Position numbers and translations under genes: made by a program
Notes under the pieces: generated by a model
Told to the model about the DNA's origin: nothing
What the model saw: the letters and a program-made list of their open reading frames with translations, nothing else
Databases searched by the model: none
In this document: positions 5,416-5,667 of the stretch, piece by piece
Position numbering within the stretch: the first letter of the stretch is position 1
Layout of the letters: every line of letters starts with the position of its first letter
Origin: Candidatus Iainarchaeum sp.
Lineage (GTDB): Archaea > Iainarchaeota > Iainarchaeia > Iainarchaeales > CSSED10-239
Direction of reading: 5' to 3'
DNA length: 5,667 nucleotides
NCBI GenBank assembly: GCA_028700905.1
Contig: JAQVRT010000043.1
Location: 1-5,667, forward strand

Positions 5416-5497
5416 GCAGGGGTTCCCGAGTGGTCAAAGGGGCACGGCTAAGAACCGTGTGCTTAGTGCTTCGCAGGTTCGAATCCTGTCCCTTGCA
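5416..5497 (+). tRNA. class II (long variable arm) tRNA-Leu, anticodon AAG as folded by hand; no encoded CCA
   Basis: The acceptor stem is GCAGGGG/CCCTTGC (one G-U) with discriminator A. U8 is present, and the D-arm is CCC(G)-AGTGGTCAA-(A)GGG with GG. The anticodon stem is CACGG/CCGTG (5443-5447/5455-5459) with loop CTAAGAA (5448-5454). The variable region is 13 nt, and the T-arm is GCAGG-TTCGAAT-CCTGT. No alternative register gives a paired anticodon stem. Confidence 0.85.
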
Positions 5498-5513
5498 TTA
5501 TATTATTTTAAAT

Positions 5514-5587
5514 GCTCGAATAGTGTAGCCCGGTAATCATATCAGACTCTCACTCTGATGACGGGGGTTCGAATCCCCCTTCGAGCA
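5514..5587 (+). tRNA. tRNA-Glu, anticodon CTC; no encoded CCA
   Basis: The acceptor stem is GCTCGAA/TTCGAGC (perfect) with discriminator A. The D-arm GTGT-AGCCCGGTAA-TCAT closely resembles archaeal tRNA-Glu. The anticodon stem is TCAGA/TCTGA with loop CTCTCAC. The variable loop is 4 nt (TGAC), and the T-arm is GGGGG-TTCGAAT-CCCCC. Confidence 0.9.
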
Positions 5588-5593
5588 CTTATA

Positions 5594-5600
5594 TTTTTTT
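5594..5600 (+). terminator. T7 run 7 nt downstream of tRNA-Glu; candidate terminator of the tRNA transcription unit
   Basis: TTTTTTT sits directly after the tRNA pair. Oligo-T is the archaeal termination signal. Confidence 0.45.
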
Positions 5601-5667
5601 AAAATAAAAAGTCTATTTAATAATTTTTAATTGTTATTATTTTGTGTTTTATTATGATTTTCAAACA

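Noticed and set aside
5333-5536. Supplied 67-aa ORF (MRIFLKNIKNNSFIF...GFPSGQRGTAKNRVLSASQVRILSLAL...)
   Set aside because: It overlaps the 3' end of the 4813-5358 gene in another frame. It runs straight through tRNA-Leu and into tRNA-Glu. Its only non-low-complexity part is simply the translation of the GC-rich tRNA sequence, so it is spurious.
5654-5667. ATG at 5654 (ATGATTTTCAAACA, M I F K ..) preceded by a TATTTAAT box at 5614-5621, possibly the 5' end of the next gene
   Set aside because: Only four codons lie inside the window, which is too little to support a CDS call.
5359-5667. tRNA genes as a possible integration hotspot (genomic island, provirus or attachment site)
   Set aside because: There is no integrase, no direct repeat of the tRNA 3' ends and no compositional shift on either side within the window.
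1-5667. CRISPR arrays, transposases/IS ends, toxin-antitoxin pairs and defence-type nuclease/ATPase genes
   Set aside because: There are no spaced direct repeats of CRISPR size. The only tandem repeat is the coding 21-mer at 5272-5325. No ORF has recognisable nuclease, recombinase, helicase or P-loop motifs.

Overview
This is a very AT-rich window (roughly a quarter G+C by eye), densely packed with genes and most likely from an archaeon. Three lines of evidence support that. TTTATAAA or TTTATATT TATA-like boxes are centred about 26-28 nt upstream of start codons or predicted transcript starts. Some genes carry GGAGGTGAT-type Shine-Dalgarno fragments. The tRNA-Glu has an archaeal-looking D-arm, and neither tRNA encodes a 3' CCA. 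A small-genome DPANN-type lineage is plausible but cannot be shown from the sequence alone.

Content, in order:
- the 3' end of a thioredoxin-reductase-like flavoprotein
- a 95-aa hydrophobic protein
- a Trp-rich TspO/MBR-like membrane protein (- strand)
- a Nudix hydrolase with a perfect Nudix box
- a DUF422/CruF-like polytopic membrane protein
- a DoxX-like membrane protein
- an MscS-family mechanosensitive channel (- strand)
- a SlyD-type FKBP prolyl isomerase with a His/CxC/Asp-rich tail
- a membrane protein with an extremely acidic repeat tail
- a tRNA-Leu / tRNA-Glu pair

I see no CRISPR array, transposase, integrase, nuclease/ATPase defence-type genes or toxin-antitoxin-like pairs. The window reads as ordinary chromosomal, membrane-protein-rich sequence, and I cannot support a claim of a novel multi-gene system.

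The observations most worth a second look:
- The tRNA-Leu anticodon loop reads CUAAGAA, giving anticodon AAG with A34 and A37. Both are atypical for an archaeal CUN-Leu tRNA.
- The SlyD-like protein has a metallothionein-like tail, and the gene next to it encodes a membrane-anchored polyanionic tail.
- A GC-enriched non-coding island lies in the convergent gap at 496-563.
- TspO-like and CruF-like membrane proteins flank the Nudix gene.
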